Shown: piece by piece, positions 56,101 to 63,973 of the stretch
Layout: the number at the start of each line of letters is the position of its first letter
Numbering within the stretch: the stretch's first letter is position 1
DNA from: Elusimicrobiota bacterium
GTDB lineage: Bacteria > Elusimicrobiota > Elusimicrobia > F11
Assembly (NCBI GenBank): GCA_044221725.1
Contig: JBGAON010000001.1
Coordinates: 335,480 to 399,479, forward strand
Direction: 5' to 3'
Length of the DNA stretch: 64,000 nt
Translations under genes and position numbers: made by a program
The notes under the pieces: model-generated
Database searches by the model: none
Seen by the model: only the letters and a program-made list of their open reading frames with translations
Told to the model about the DNA's origin: nothing

Positions 56101-57142
56101 TGCGCTCGACGCTTATTCGTGGGCCCCTCTCGCCCTTTCCTCCTTCACGAACGTGTTGACGACCGCCGAGACCGATTTCAAGAACACAAAGGTGTGTGAT
56201 TTGACGGGACTCAGTGTCACGGGATTTGATTTTTCGGGTCCACCCAACTTTGGCCCCGACTTGGACGCGGTGTGGTTGGAGGGAACAGGCCAAATGGCGC
56301 TTGCCTATTACCTTACCGACAATCTCGCGAAAGGCGATTTTTACCTGCAAGAGCTCGATAAAGCGATCGTGAACACGTCCGCCAACGGCCAGGGCATGGC
56401 GTACGCGACGAACAACGGCACCGCCTACGGTTTTAATATGAATTCGCTGAATCCAGCCATAAGTTCAATGGCGTGGTATCTGTTTGCAAAGCAGAAATTC
56501 AATCCGTTCAAGCCTTATCCGATTTATGAGTTAAAAATCATGGACACGGCGTCCGGGACCGAACGTTCGTCGGTTGGCTTTACGGTTTCGGTTCCCGCGG
56601 CATGGGTGCGAGCGGATCAATACATCAAGCTCGATGTGCAACCGAATTCGGTCGATCCGTGGGGCTTGCAAATTTTGACGGATAACACGCAGCCAACCGT
56701 GGTTCCTCGTTTTGTTGATCCCACGCCGGGAACAACGTCCAATTCGGACTCGAATCCAGCGGGACTCCTTTTGGAATTGACCGGTCAAACAACAACGCCG
56801 TACCAAATCAACATGGCGTGGAGCGTCAAGGATACGAGCGCAACCGCCACCATGCCAATCGCAACCGATCCAAATTCCGGCGCGCCAAACTCCTTTCAGT
56901 GGATTTTTATGAAAGACCGCGCGACTCCAGACATTCCTTCAATGAACACGGTCGCGTTTGCGAACGGGCAAGATGATGTGATTGTTCGAAAAGCCGTGAG
57001 CGGAAGTCATACGTCCCAGGGACCTGCCGGATACACCGCTTCCGTTTCGCCGGACTACTTATTTCTAGAAGCAAATTTTAATTCCGCTGCGGCCCAGGTC
57101 CGCTACTTAGCGCATATCACGTTCGAATTTTTCCTGCAATGA
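53165..57142 (+). CDS. 1325-aa secreted multidomain surface protein (3 CBM-like beta-sandwich modules, 2 Big_2 Ig-like domains, alpha/alpha-toroid-like domain, C-terminal shared module)
   Basis: ATG overlaps the upstream stop (TAATG), but the first 35 codons are the translation of the palindromic element (SRESGN / IPAFAGMT). A more plausible start is ATG 53270. Repeated ...LRFWLKS / LRFWFKG / LYFWVRT modules. Big_2 segments (TVSPASVTVPLSAKRQFVAKGFDANG). Central GPNAWILLAMIHY...TG module. Last ~200 aa paralogous to 50232..51065. Confidence 0.6.
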   Translation: MEANNYCRHSRESGNLGLKQFFEFRLKAWIPAFAGMTLLLLPGLVHSEATKEYTRDAGIYSANPFSIFTFSFSSINVDFDSTSDPNPPEGLKVASTTVATQWGGWGIFNTTAMGNNVVTDLNFSDYVNGHLRFWLKSQIALDVKIEYQQGSNAVQVSSSVASTGNAWKEIVIPLQSGGFGLNNGQMNRIRSPFIVVAPQTTGVQKQWFIDHVRWTKPVTSIVMYPPSTTVQQGFHRLFTAEGRDAANERVIIYPTFSVSPTVGTFTPADPTPVTASRLNATGASGVANAVFSPLSASSVVTITGSHINDELGLLSETIPSSLILNTDSELDVSSGGGGTDPVLLDESSSDVREGVRRFKTTISAQPANGFSGWFIQWSTNAANTVTRDMSNYYDGSLRFWFKGPAALQNVLQISVRSGNTEAGTELSKVNLKNYVTFDDTWRPVVIPISDFTGARPKADLSRMKILFGAFAVGAVGSVQTFYIDNLRWDTNIPGALASLTVSPASVTVPLSAKRQFVAKGFDANGVSVDIFPTWTITGGIGSVNPSQGAITQLTAASSAQSGTLKASQGAVSATASVNVADVQWVQSFNVYSDNGSGGFVGVAKGTNNGTVMNLSEQNLGAGVAPEGKFVRQSNYTLVNNPNLQDAFAIWFTNADAGTGSRFMHYFDTGYLYFWVRTTQDLQISIRSANITAGNERSKFRLSELGVPLDNNWQKVVIALADFKNREPLLDFDQIQTYFAIGAVSSQIGPVTNQTFDVDDVKWLTNNPGQPDDNKIYIGLKEKQAAGGLVRSFDTLLDAYTYDQALAAMNYTYRKDVALSKKVFDVYKYVHDNYGGTFSGFHEDYNINSAVGGYTVLNSSRVAGPNAWILLAMIHYRNVTGSTAYDTVINDVAAWLRGLQGADGAVQFGRVNSTLITLKSTEHNFDVVAAFRAYAKMSGNSAYNSYADAARNWLQTQMYVPAQQRFNVGTYANGTTNTDRALDAYSWAPLALSSFTNVLTTAETDFKNTKVCDLTGLSVTGFDFSGPPNFGPDLDAVWLEGTGQMALAYYLTDNLAKGDFYLQELDKAIVNTSANGQGMAYATNNGTAYGFNMNSLNPAISSMAWYLFAKQKFNPFKPYPIYELKIMDTASGTERSSVGFTVSVPAAWVRADQYIKLDVQPNSVDPWGLQILTDNTQPTVVPRFVDPTPGTTSNSDSNPAGLLLELTGQTTTPYQINMAWSVKDTSATATMPIATDPNSGAPNSFQWIFMKDRATPDIPSMNTVAFANGQDDVIVRKAVSGSHTSQGPAGYTASVSPDYLFLEANFNSAAAQVRYLAHITFEFFLQ
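53187..53274. repeat. MITE-like palindromic element: perfect 24-bp terminal inverted repeats flanking 40 bp
   Basis: GTCATTCCCGCGAAAGCGGGAATC (53187-53210) and its exact reverse complement GATTCCCGCTTTCGCGGGAATGAC (53251-53274). Each arm is itself a hairpin (ATTCCCGC-GAAA-GCGGGAAT). The central 40 bp contains a further hairpin AGGCT-CAA-AGCCT. Confidence 0.75.
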
Positions 57143-59319
57143 TTCTCGATCCGTCGCCGATTTCTGCGTCCGATCGAAAGTTAAAACATCCTTCCGCAGA
57201 AAAGAAATCGGGGCGGCGCGAAAAGGTCGGATTTGCGTTGCTGATCCTGTTGGCGTTTGTCGGGTCTTTCGGCATCTGGAGATGGGAGCCGAAATGGGCC
57301 AAGCCATCCGTCCCGCCCGTTGAAAAGCCGCTGGTACGGCTTCCCGTGCCAGACACCATCGATGAGCGCCACCGCGAACACATTAAAAACGTTTTGTCGG
57401 TGATCGAATCCAACATCAATCCCGAAACCTACCTCGCCTACAGTTTCAGTGGAGACAAAAGACTCGAGTATTGGAGCGTTGTCTACGACAATTGCATTCG
57501 CGCGATCGTTCACTTGCAAACCGGACAGCCGGAGCTCGCCAAGAAAATAATCGACTACTTCATCGATAACACCGCGATCCAAAAAATCGGTTGGGTTCGG
57601 AAGAATCACCGGTTGGTGGCTCGGACGGGGTGGGTCATAAATATTGTCGATGCGTCGGAATCGCGTGCGGGCGGTCGTGGCATCGAACATATTGCGCATA
57701 CCGGCCCCAACGCTTACCTCGGAATTGCAGCGCTCCATATTTTTGAAGTGACGGGGGAGCAAAAATATTTGCGGTTCGCCAAGAAACAGTGGGAATTATT
57801 AAAGGATTTGCAGAACGAAGATCCGCAAGATCCGAATTTCGGCGGAATTCGTATGGGGCCCATGGGCAATCCCGCCAATCCACGCGAGCAGCGCTTGGAT
57901 TTTAAACCATCGAATCCGTCGTTCTATGAGTTTTATAACGGTGAGCATGCGGCGGATTTTAAAGCGTTTTCCGAACTCCTTTCGGTTTACGATCTCGAAA
58001 ATCAAGAACGCTATGAAAAAGCAGTGGATCTCATTGAGACGTGGGATCACCGAATTTACGATGCCGAAAAACATTTGTTTTATATCGGTACCACCGAAAA
58101 GAAATTTTTTGATCCAAACATCGGGCAATGGATAAGCGTCGGGGTAATTCCGATGTATCCACTCGATACAAGCTCGTTAAAGATTTCCGCCTATGGAGTT
58201 GATGGATTGGAACAGTTTGAGAAGAACGCCGCGCAGAAAATTCGCAAAGCGATCGATGACAACTTCAAGGTGACCGTGAGGATCCCCGATGGCAGCGGAG
58301 GTTTCAAGTCCGTTTCCGGTTATGACTTTGTTTGCAATTCGGACCGAGCGCGACTGATTCGCTTCGTTGAAATGGGACACTACGGCGACCGAAAAATAAA
58401 CGAAGGCATCGGACGCGAACCGCTGCTCAGTGACGAATGGTCGAATTGGGTAGCGCTCGCCGATCTTCGACTCACCGCTGACTTTGAAAAGAAAAACGAC
58501 AACCGAAAGGCCACGATGTATTCAAACGCTTACTATGAAAACGCGCTCGTGAGCTCGATGAAAACGTCGATGTCGGTCGATGGGGGGCTTGCATATCCCT
58601 ACGCGCAACCGCTGCCCGATTCGTTAAACAAGCCGGTCGGTTTCGGTTGGAACACACATCACGAGCCGTACGCGATCATTGGCGGTGCCGCGCGAATTCT
58701 GGGCATTTTGCGATTTGATCCGTTTCTCGCGCGTGGCGGGGATCGATCAACGACGGTCAATGTCGAGGTGAAGAAACTGGGCAGGCCCATCGGAGAAATG
58801 CGTGACAAGGCCGTACTTTACACCGAGGCCGAGCTGTATTTGCGCGATGCGTGGCGGGATTTGCGCGTGGCACAAATCAATGGACCGAAAGCGGAGTTGT
58901 ACTGGAGCTGTGCTCGAGCCACGTGTGAGAGGATGCTTCGTGAACACCAAGATTGGGTTGATGTGGCGATGTCGCAGAACAACAGTTTAAGACTCTCGCG
59001 GCAGCCATTTCCTCTCACGGGGGTTGCGAATTTGACGGAACGAGATTTGGAGCCGGTTTATCGAAAATATTGGGCGCTTTATCATATCGGCACCGCGGAA
59101 TTTATTTTGGTCGTTGCCAATGCGGGGCTGCGCGATATTTACCGCGAGCGCGGCGACGTTGGGCGTGCCGACGCATTGAATCTAAAAGCCATTGAAGCGG
59201 CAAAACGAATTAAAAAAGATTTTTGTTTTGCGCAGTCTTACGACGAGGGCGGTTGGTTATGGCAACCCGCGCAAGCCATTAACGAATACGTTGATCTCGC
59301 GGGGCCGATAAATCACTAA
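57139..59319 (+). CDS. membrane-anchored protein with alpha/alpha-toroid-like module
   Basis: ATGA overlap with the upstream stop. Single N-terminal TM (VGFALLILLAFVGSFGIW). Module GPNAYLGIAALHIFEVTGEQKYLRFAKKQWELL is paralogous to the central domain of 53165..57142. Confidence 0.5.
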   Translation: MILDPSPISASDRKLKHPSAEKKSGRREKVGFALLILLAFVGSFGIWRWEPKWAKPSVPPVEKPLVRLPVPDTIDERHREHIKNVLSVIESNINPETYLAYSFSGDKRLEYWSVVYDNCIRAIVHLQTGQPELAKKIIDYFIDNTAIQKIGWVRKNHRLVARTGWVINIVDASESRAGGRGIEHIAHTGPNAYLGIAALHIFEVTGEQKYLRFAKKQWELLKDLQNEDPQDPNFGGIRMGPMGNPANPREQRLDFKPSNPSFYEFYNGEHAADFKAFSELLSVYDLENQERYEKAVDLIETWDHRIYDAEKHLFYIGTTEKKFFDPNIGQWISVGVIPMYPLDTSSLKISAYGVDGLEQFEKNAAQKIRKAIDDNFKVTVRIPDGSGGFKSVSGYDFVCNSDRARLIRFVEMGHYGDRKINEGIGREPLLSDEWSNWVALADLRLTADFEKKNDNRKATMYSNAYYENALVSSMKTSMSVDGGLAYPYAQPLPDSLNKPVGFGWNTHHEPYAIIGGAARILGILRFDPFLARGGDRSTTVNVEVKKLGRPIGEMRDKAVLYTEAELYLRDAWRDLRVAQINGPKAELYWSCARATCERMLREHQDWVDVAMSQNNSLRLSRQPFPLTGVANLTERDLEPVYRKYWALYHIGTAEFILVVANAGLRDIYRERGDVGRADALNLKAIEAAKRIKKDFCFAQSYDEGGWLWQPAQAINEYVDLAGPINH

Positions 59320-61391
59320 TGCCCCGCTACTTCGGGTGGGGGAGCGGACGGAATTAATTTGTTCGCACGGCAGAACCAATAGACAAACAGAAAATCCGTC
59401 GATGGATAAATCTTCGCGCCGTCGCCTTTCAGGCGTCGCGGATTGCGTTGCCATAGGAAGGAATCTTTCGGTCGATGGGACACCGGAAGCGGTTCGCGAG
59501 AAAAGCCGCTCCATTCCCCGCCACCGATCGTGTCCGCCAGTTCACGATCGTGCGCATCCCAAAATTCTTTTCCATATCCGTGACGGTTTTCCGGGTAAAG
59601 TGAAAGATCGCGCAGCACCTGTTCCATGTCGCCCTGCTCCTTTTTGGACGCAAGGCAATTGAACGCCGTAACCATCGGATTGTCTTCGCCGCGGTACGAA
59701 CTCCATTCCCGTTTCAGTAGGGAACGGTAACTCGCTTGAACCGTCGGATTTTTTTCCAACGAAATAAGATTCATGAGAGCCAGTGTTCCTAGGTAACCCC
59801 GGCGTTCCGAATTCGCGCGTGGATTGCCAGCGGTTAATTGCGTAAGTTCATCTTCAATCCCGTACCAATCGAGTGCCGTTTTCAGAAGTGCATCTTGCGA
59901 ATAAAGATTCTCCCGATAGTAATCGCGAAATGTCGATTTCTCCGTGATCTCGGCCGCGGTTTTCACAATGTGAAGCGAAATTAACGCGTTGGACGCCAAT
60001 ATTTTTAGATCGGAGAATTCTCGTAGGCGTTGACCATCCTCTTTTTTCGGAAACCGTTTTAAAAGTGTCGTCAGCATGTCCGCCAATTTGATTCCGGGAT
60101 ACTCTTTGTTTGTGTAGCGTTTGGGGAACAAGTCCTGACGATATTGTTCGCGCAGCACATCACGAACGCGCTCACCCAGCAGAAACACTCCGTTCATCGT
60201 AGGCAATGTCAATTCGAAACACCGTTGCTCGTCTTCCGCTTCAAGCGCCTTAATCACTTCTTTCATTCCGGGCCATAGTTCGCCGAACGGTAGGTAGCGT
60301 CGCGACATTTTGAGATTCTTGACGAACTGGTGAACGTCTTTTTTGTCGTCCAATAGTTTGCGAATGCCCGAGCGAATTTCCGACTCTGAAAGGTACGGCG
60401 TGAGACTGAACAATGTTTTGCTGCCGCTTTTTACGGCCAGATCATCACGCAAAAACTTCGTCGCGATACGGTCCACGTCATCTCTCATTTGCTTTTTTAG
60501 CGCGGGGTTCGTGATCCGCGGATAGGCGACGGACATCGCGAGAAAGAACGAAGTGTAAACGTCCTTGCTTGGAATTTTTGAAAACGGGTTTCCATCGACG
60601 TCGACGTAACGTGTGATGATGGGTTCGTCAAATGTTCCTTTGATCGCGTTGTGCAAGGTCGCGAGCCCATTTTCGAGCGCCTGATAGGTAAGCGCATCGC
60701 CGGTGGCCGCGTACTTCCATGCGAGCGACGTGACATAGAATCCGGTGTAGGTGGTGGCGTCGCCTGTCTCATCGGGCGCTCCGTTCAACTCCCGGGAAAC
60801 CACGAAGCCGTTTTCCAGATGATCATGCGCCAGCTTGTCGGCAAGGCGCGTTGCCTTCTGTTCAATCGCTGTTAGGGATACCTCAGAAAACCGCTCAAAT
60901 TGGATCGAACTGATTTCACCGTTCGCGAGCCCAATCCAGTACACACGCGGTTCGATTGTGTGTCGCTCCCGGCTTTCCATCGAAAACTCCAACCAGCGCG
61001 GCTCGTAGCGGTTGGGCCCCGAAAAATCTGCAATCTGGAGCTCGCGCTGCGCGATGAGTTTGTCGGTGGTTGTATCCCAGAGCTCAATTCGGAAAAGCCC
61101 GTAAGATGAAAACAATAATCCTTTCTTCGGATAATGACCGCGTCGCATTTCGAACGTGGCGCGATAGAGTCCGGGTTCCAGGAACAGCGGATCCTTAAGT
61201 CCCGAGATGGCGTAACCCGGACGATCCCGCTTGTAGTCCAACTCCCATCCTCGAAATCCCGCTTTTCCGACGGAGTGGAGGGCTTCTGTTTTTACAACGA
61301 TTTCTCGCACCATCGTGCGAGGAGGAGCGGTCACTTCGGCGGTCGCCGCGGCGGCCAGCAAAATTCCGACGAGAAAAGATGCTTTTTTCAT
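59316..61391 (-). CDS. secreted hypothetical protein, possible third alpha/alpha-toroid-like paralogue
   Basis: Start set at ATG 61391 (MKKASFLVGILLAAAATA signal peptide) with SD AAGGGA. Weak similarity of YTGFYVTSLAWKYAATGDALTY to the GPNA...TG module. Convergent with and overlapping the 3' end of the upstream gene. Confidence 0.4.
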   Translation of the reverse strand: MKKASFLVGILLAAAATAEVTAPPRTMVREIVVKTEALHSVGKAGFRGWELDYKRDRPGYAISGLKDPLFLEPGLYRATFEMRRGHYPKKGLLFSSYGLFRIELWDTTTDKLIAQRELQIADFSGPNRYEPRWLEFSMESRERHTIEPRVYWIGLANGEISSIQFERFSEVSLTAIEQKATRLADKLAHDHLENGFVVSRELNGAPDETGDATTYTGFYVTSLAWKYAATGDALTYQALENGLATLHNAIKGTFDEPIITRYVDVDGNPFSKIPSKDVYTSFFLAMSVAYPRITNPALKKQMRDDVDRIATKFLRDDLAVKSGSKTLFSLTPYLSESEIRSGIRKLLDDKKDVHQFVKNLKMSRRYLPFGELWPGMKEVIKALEAEDEQRCFELTLPTMNGVFLLGERVRDVLREQYRQDLFPKRYTNKEYPGIKLADMLTTLLKRFPKKEDGQRLREFSDLKILASNALISLHIVKTAAEITEKSTFRDYYRENLYSQDALLKTALDWYGIEDELTQLTAGNPRANSERRGYLGTLALMNLISLEKNPTVQASYRSLLKREWSSYRGEDNPMVTAFNCLASKKEQGDMEQVLRDLSLYPENRHGYGKEFWDAHDRELADTIGGGEWSGFSREPLPVSHRPKDSFLWQRNPRRLKGDGAKIYPSTDFLFVYWFCRANKLIPSAPPPEVAGH

Positions 61392-61528
61392 TTCCCTTGA
61401 GGGTATCCCCAAGAGTCTTCGTTTTCGAGTCGGTTGCCCGTCGAAAACGAGCCGAAAAGACTAAGTGTTGCTTTGCTCGGTCTTTGATAGCATTATCGCG
61501 GTCCAAAAAAACAAGATAGGGAGGATGT

Positions 61529-62014
61529 ATGAAGAAGCTCGTAGCAATTAGCGTAGCAGCGTTGACGATGGCGCCCTCGTTGGTTTTGGCAAAAGGCAAC
61601 CATCCTATGGCAGGATGCGGACTCGGTTATGTGTTGTTGTCCAATAAAGACAATTCAAAAGTGACTCAGATTCTCGGCGCAACGACGAACGGCACCTCTG
61701 GAAACCAGACGTTCGGAATCAGCTCCGGAACCTCGGGTTGTACCGAAGACGGAGCCGTTAAAGTGGTGAAAGCGGCCGAAGTGTATGCCGAGGTAAACCT
61801 CGATAGTCTTCGCCATGATATGGCGGCGGGTGACGGCGAATTTGTTCGGACCTTTGCCTCGCTTCTTGGTGCCAGCGATGCAAATGTGCCGGCTCTCGTG
61901 AGCGTGTTTCACGCGAACTATGCGTCTCTTTTCCCGAGCGCAACAATCTCCACCGGTGACATGCTCGATCAGCTCAGCAGCGTGTTGTCCAGCCACAAAG
62001 ATCTTTTGAGCTAA
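61529..62014 (+). CDS. DUF3015-family secreted protein
   Basis: Signal peptide, then the conserved MAGCGLG ... SGTSGC pair of Cys motifs and Ala-rich C-terminus typical of DUF3015. Confidence 0.6.
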   Translation: MKKLVAISVAALTMAPSLVLAKGNHPMAGCGLGYVLLSNKDNSKVTQILGATTNGTSGNQTFGISSGTSGCTEDGAVKVVKAAEVYAEVNLDSLRHDMAAGDGEFVRTFASLLGASDANVPALVSVFHANYASLFPSATISTGDMLDQLSSVLSSHKDLLS

Positions 62015-62036
62015 TTTCCGTCCCCTCCTCAAATCG

Positions 62037-62086
62037 CCCCTCATCCGACCGAAGCTCCGTGCGACGGCGGATGAGGGGTTTTTTTT
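62037..62086 (+). terminator. strong rho-independent terminator
   Basis: CCCCTCATCCG-(20 nt)-CGGATGAGGGG, 11-bp stem, followed by TTTTTTTT. It ends 4 nt before the next ATG. Confidence 0.8.
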
Positions 62087-62089
62087 GAC

Positions 62090-63973
62090 ATGAAACGTTC
62101 CCGAAATCTTGTTGTCTTCATTCTTCTGTCCCTTGCTGGCGTTCCGTCGCACGCTTCGGTGGAGGAATTAATTTTGAAGGCCCACGAAAGAAATGTTGCG
62201 CAGGATTCCTATTGGTTGCGGCTGCTGCATTACAAACGTGGCGTGTTCGGTGGCATGAAAAGCGACATTGATGGGAATAACTTCTTTTTGTCCAAAGACG
62301 GGCGCCACGATCCCACGGCCGAACTGGACGCCACGCTTCGGGCGTTTTACGATCCGATTCCGGCGAGCAGCGATACGCAACATCCGCAATGCCGTTATCC
62401 GGCGCGATTTGCTTGGTTAAACGAGCGGCTCCAATTTGGCACCGATATGCCGCGCACGCGTTGCGAGCGTTTCGAATCGTGGGAGCAAAAAATGGAACCG
62501 GAGTCGCTGTCGATTGTTTTCGCTGGTTACTATTTGAACAATCCCGCGTCGATGTACGGACATACGTTTCTTCGGGTGGGGCGTGCGACGCATCGTGGTA
62601 GCGAGAAGCCACTGTTGGATTACACCATCAACTTTGCAGCGAACACGCCCACGCGAAACGGGATTGTTTTTGCGGCAATGGGGCTTGCTGGCGGCTATCC
62701 GGGCACGTTCACGGCTCTTCCTTATTATATGAAGGTCCAGCAGTACAACAATTTGGAGTCACGCGATTTGTGGGAATATCAGCTAAATTTTTCGTCCGCG
62801 TCCGTCCATCGGTTGCTTGCGCACGTGTGGGAACTGGGTCCCACGTCGATCTCCTATTACTTTCTCAACAAAAATTGCTCGTACCAACTTTTGCCGTTGC
62901 TGGAAGTTGCGGATCCAAAACTGAATCTTTCGGGCCAATTTCATTTTCGTGCAATTCCAATTGATACGCTGCGGACCGTGATTGAACAACCGCAAATCGT
63001 GTCAAAGCGCGTATTTCGGCCGTCGGCGTTGCGGCGAATGATTGCTTCTCGTGATGTGTTGACGCACGATGAGCGGGCGGTTGCTCAGAAATTTCCGGAA
63101 TCGGATTTGTCTCGATATTCGGCTCCGGAGCAACGTCGTATTCTCGACGCGTCGTACGATTATCTGCGTTACAAATACGGTTACAAAAGAAATCAATCGA
63201 ACGACATGCGCGAGCGCGAACAGAAGATTTTGCTTGCCATGAACAAACTTCCGAAAGATCCGGCGATCGCGCCTTCAATAAATATTGCGGAACCGGCTCC
63301 GCCGGAGTCTTCTCACCGAACGGGGCGGATCGGACTGGCGTTTGGTGCAACGCGCGACACGACGTTCGAAGAAATTTCGGCGCGAGGTGCGCTGCACGAT
63401 TTTGAGTCAAGCCAAAACGGATTTGTGGAAGGCAGTCAGTTGGAAATGCTGTCGTTTCGTGCACGTTGGAATAATGAGAATGGTCACGCGACCGTGGAAG
63501 ATTTTACGGCGATCAGTGTGTTGTCGATGACGCCGCGTGAAGAATGGGTTAAGAAACCATCGTGGCATTTAAAGATCAACTACGGACACGCGCATGACTT
63601 GGGAAAATCACCGGACGGCGACGGTTATGCCGGCGTGGGCGGTGGATCCGGTGCGTCCGTGCGTGTTCCGATTTTGCGAGGTGGCATTGCCTACGCCATG
63701 GTGGATGTGGACAGTGGCGTTGGCGGCGTTTTCCGGGATTATTATCGATTGGGCGCCGGTGGTTCGACGGGCGTGGTGCTTGGCGTAACGAAAATTTGGC
63801 GCGCGCACTTCATCGGTTCTTATATCCGCTATGGAATTGGCGACATCAGTTCGGCCAATCGGTTGCGGCTTGTTCAGGCCGTGGAACTGCCGAAGGATTT
63901 CGAATTGCGTCTGACACTAAATCGCGAAAACTATTACCGCGACGGAATTTTCTCCCTAAACCGCTATTTCTGA
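62090..63973 (+). CDS. DUF4105 (Lnb N-terminal-like) periplasmic domain fused to probable outer-membrane beta-barrel
   Basis: Signal peptide. SYWLRLLHYKRG... hallmark of DUF4105. Gly-rich C-terminal half with alternating hydrophobic pattern, ending ...IFSLNRYF with a terminal aromatic (beta-barrel signature). Confidence 0.55.
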   Translation: MKRSRNLVVFILLSLAGVPSHASVEELILKAHERNVAQDSYWLRLLHYKRGVFGGMKSDIDGNNFFLSKDGRHDPTAELDATLRAFYDPIPASSDTQHPQCRYPARFAWLNERLQFGTDMPRTRCERFESWEQKMEPESLSIVFAGYYLNNPASMYGHTFLRVGRATHRGSEKPLLDYTINFAANTPTRNGIVFAAMGLAGGYPGTFTALPYYMKVQQYNNLESRDLWEYQLNFSSASVHRLLAHVWELGPTSISYYFLNKNCSYQLLPLLEVADPKLNLSGQFHFRAIPIDTLRTVIEQPQIVSKRVFRPSALRRMIASRDVLTHDERAVAQKFPESDLSRYSAPEQRRILDASYDYLRYKYGYKRNQSNDMREREQKILLAMNKLPKDPAIAPSINIAEPAPPESSHRTGRIGLAFGATRDTTFEEISARGALHDFESSQNGFVEGSQLEMLSFRARWNNENGHATVEDFTAISVLSMTPREEWVKKPSWHLKINYGHAHDLGKSPDGDGYAGVGGGSGASVRVPILRGGIAYAMVDVDSGVGGVFRDYYRLGAGGSTGVVLGVTKIWRAHFIGSYIRYGIGDISSANRLRLVQAVELPKDFELRLTLNRENYYRDGIFSLNRYF

